From an uncultured Actinomycetota bacterium (lineage in GTDB: Bacteria > Actinomycetota > Humimicrobiia > Humimicrobiales > Humimicrobiaceae), in assembly GCA_964556165.1 (NCBI GenBank), contig CAZKVH010000004.1, forward strand, positions 13,075 to 77,074: a stretch of DNA of 64,000 bases. The letters run 5' to 3'. The position numbers were made by a program, and so were the translations under genes. Position 1 is the first letter of the stretch. Each line of letters starts with the position of its first letter. Of this stretch, positions 62,134 through 64,000 are shown one piece after another. Under the pieces are notes generated by a model. It made no database searches and had not been told where the DNA came from. It worked only from the letters and a program-made list of their open reading frames with translations.

Positions 62134-63033
62134 ATGAGCAGAGATAACTTAAGAGATGGCAGGGTAAAAAACTGGTTCTATCTAGAAAATGACCTTCTTG
62201 ACAGGGAAGATTTAACAATTTATGAAAAAACTGTCTATATAGTAATTGCCAGATATGTTAATGGTGAAAATAAAGCATTCCCGAGTTATGAAACTATAGC
62301 AAAAAAGGGGAGCATGGCTAAAGTCCAGGCAATGCGGGTAGTAAAGTCTTTAATCCAAAAAGGACTCTTAAAAAAAGAAGTTAGAAAAACCAAATATAAT
62401 AAAAGTTATACGTCAAACCTGTATACTTTATTAAACCCAAAACCTAAAGATAAAAGTGATATTAATAAAAAGGGGGTGGTATCTGTCAGATACCAGGGTG
62501 GTATACCACAGATACCAGGGGTAGTATCTCACAGATACCCTAATAATACCGTTATTAAAAACACAAATTTAAATAACGTTAATAGAGCTGGTAGAAAAGA
62601 TGATGTGGAAAACTCTGGGGGTATACCAGAAGAAAAAAGCACTGAAGATAAAGAAGATATAAACGATATCAGGAGAAAGATAAAAGAATCGCTTAAAGAA
62701 AAAGGAGATAGACTACTAAAAAGTAAAGTTAATCTTAAAGAAAGAAATCTTAATGACAGTATTAAAAATGAATACCTTACTATAAATAAATCTATTTCTA
62801 TGGGGAAAGAGGAACTGGCAAGAGAAATAGCGGAAGAACTTAATGATAGTAACAGCCTTAGGGCATTCCGCATGGTAGCTTATAAAATACCAGAACAAAG
62901 AATAAGAATATTTTTAAGTATTATAAAGGATACCTACCTTACCGGGAAAATTAAAAATAGTAGGGGTGCAATGTTTATATCGCTTGCTAAAGCATATGCC
63001 GGTAAAAATGGTATAAATCTTAATTTTAGGTAA
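62134..63033 (+). CDS. plasmid/phage-type replication-initiator-like protein with an N-terminal winged HTH (HTH_36-like)
   Basis: FPSYETIAKKGSMAKVQAMRVVKSLIQKGLL matches the HTH of firmicute Rep/replisome-organiser proteins. The central linker is encoded by iteron-like repeats. Confidence 0.55.
   Translation: MSRDNLRDGRVKNWFYLENDLLDREDLTIYEKTVYIVIARYVNGENKAFPSYETIAKKGSMAKVQAMRVVKSLIQKGLLKKEVRKTKYNKSYTSNLYTLLNPKPKDKSDINKKGVVSVRYQGGIPQIPGVVSHRYPNNTVIKNTNLNNVNRAGRKDDVENSGGIPEEKSTEDKEDINDIRRKIKESLKEKGDRLLKSKVNLKERNLNDSIKNEYLTINKSISMGKEELAREIAEELNDSNSLRAFRMVAYKIPEQRIRIFLSIIKDTYLTGKIKNSRGAMFISLAKAYAGKNGINLNFR
62475..62540 (+). repeat. three tandem ~22-bp iteron-like repeats, each containing the palindrome GGTATCTG-N-CAGATACC, inside the Rep-like CDS
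   Basis: GGTGGTATCTGTCAGATACCAGG / GTGGTATACCACAGATACCAGG / GGTAGTATCTCACAGATACCC, read directly from the sequence. Confidence 0.6.
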
Positions 63034-63373
63034 TATAGCTCATAAATATAAATTTTTAAAAAGTCTATTGTTTTAATAAATGCAAAAACCAAAGGCAATG
63101 TTAGAATAATTAATGATGAATTATTACATTAAATTGAAAATATAAGGTTAGTATAATAAAATTTTTAAAAATTTTTAATTATAAGAGGTTAAAGTTGACA
63201 AGCTAACAAAATAATTGGGAAAATAAAATAAAAAAGGTGAAACTCAATAGTAGTAGAAATTACATTTTGTTACAGTATAAGGAATTAACAATATAGAAAA
63301 TAGACCTGAAAAGAAGAAAGTATTAGTTAGTTATTGTGGAAAATAACTCTACGAGTTTTCTTTCAGGCCTTTC

Positions 63374-63402
63374 TTGACAAAACTACCAGCCTTGATTATT
63401 AT
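63374..63402 (+). promoter_or_regulatory. sigma70-like promoter TTGACA-17-TATTAT upstream of the AbiEi-like gene
   Basis: Consensus hexamers with 17-nt spacing lie about 40 nt upstream of the ATG at 63444. Confidence 0.4.
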
Positions 63403-63443
63403 AAGACTGAAGGTAATAAAAATTATGACCTACAGTTCTTATT

Positions 63444-64000
63444 ATGAATAAAAACTTAATCTTGGAGATTTATAAAAAACCGCAAACAATCTTTTCTTTA
63501 AAAGAAATTTCTCTGATGTTCCCTGAATTTGCTTATAAAAATTTAAAAAGTAAACTCAGTTATTTTGTAAGTACCGGCAAACTAAAGAGGGTAAGAAAAG
63601 GAATTTATGCTAAAGAAAATTTTAATTCTCTGGAACTGGCTAATAAAATTTATACCCCTTCCTATATTAGTCTTGAAACCGTTCTTGAAAAGGAGGGTAT
63701 TGTTTTTCAAAAATATGAGACAATTTTTGTATCTTCTTATCTAACGAGAAGAATAAAAGTTGAAGATCAGGAAATTTGCTATCGCAAGATAAAAGATGAA
63801 GTACTCCTAAATAGTCTGGGGGTTAAAGAGGAAAATTCTTATTTTATTGCTTCTAAAGAGAGGGCATTCATAGATGCTGTTTTTATTTATAAGGACTATC
63901 ATTTTGATAATTTAAGGCCTCTGGATTGGGAAAAGATAAAAGAAATAGAAAAAATTTACTCAAGTAAAACTCTAGTAAAAAGAGTTATTCAATATTACAA
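63444..64000 (+). CDS. AbiEi-like antitoxin (type IV TA / abortive-infection transcriptional regulator family), 3'-truncated by the window edge
   Basis: The frame is open from the ATG at 63444 to the window end, and the ORF is absent from the supplied track because it has no stop in the window. The N-terminus (GKLKRVRKGIYAK...PSYISLETVLEKEGI) resembles the AbiEi_4 winged-helix family. Confidence 0.5.
   Translation, partial: MNKNLILEIYKKPQTIFSLKEISLMFPEFAYKNLKSKLSYFVSTGKLKRVRKGIYAKENFNSLELANKIYTPSYISLETVLEKEGIVFQKYETIFVSSYLTRRIKVEDQEICYRKIKDEVLLNSLGVKEENSYFIASKERAFIDAVFIYKDYHFDNLRPLDWEKIKEIEKIYSSKTLVKRVIQYY

Noticed and set aside
1-64000. CRISPR arrays, tRNA, rRNA genes
   Set aside because: I found no regularly spaced direct repeats and no tRNA-like cloverleaf candidates in the longer intergenic gaps (19.8-20.1 kb, 21.3-21.8 kb, 39.7-40.0 kb, 46.2-46.7 kb, 61.6-62.1 kb, 63.0-63.4 kb). 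A tRNAscan/Infernal run would be needed to confirm.

Overview
This 64 kb window looks like a chromosomal segment from a low-GC (~33% G+C) Bacillota/Clostridia-type anaerobe. Its first 12 kb follows the Bacillus gene order mcsA-mcsB-clpC-disA-ispD-ispF-gltX-cysE-cysS-rlmB-yacP. From memory, the XylA protein is very close to the Thermoanaerobacterales-type xylose isomerase. Almost all of the window is densely packed, co-directional housekeeping and carbohydrate-metabolism genes. In order these are: the ClpC/McsB stress operon with DisA; the isoprenoid, aa-tRNA and cysteine genes; a secreted thermonuclease fused to a lamin-tail domain; a bioY-carboxyltransferase/BCCP-biotin carboxylase operon; Bcd-EtfBA; a PAS-GGDEF diguanylate cyclase; fabZ-fabD-fabG-fabF-accD-accA; the PrkC/PrpC Ser/Thr kinase-phosphatase pair; and a malic enzyme. 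A ~26 kb sugar-utilisation island follows. It holds a ROK regulator, two CUT2-type sugar ABC transporters, a Gfo/Idh/MocA-ThuA-Gfo/Idh/MocA-TIM-barrel oxidation module, xylAB, an SDR-FGGY kinase pentitol-like operon, an Rpe-family epimerase, a SorC regulator, an orphan E1 alpha/beta thiamine enzyme pair and a cupin. The 3' end carries a YbbAP/MacB-type ABC exporter. After it comes a plasmid/phage-like region with an HTH_36 Rep-like gene containing in-gene palindromic iterons and a 3'-truncated AbiEi-like antitoxin gene. I found no rRNA, tRNA or CRISPR array. The most unusual content is the candidate oxidative (3-keto) sugar/glycoside conversion module, the orphan E1 alpha/beta pair and the mobile-element remnant with the AbiEi-like gene. 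My hand-counted coordinates may be off by 1-2 nt.
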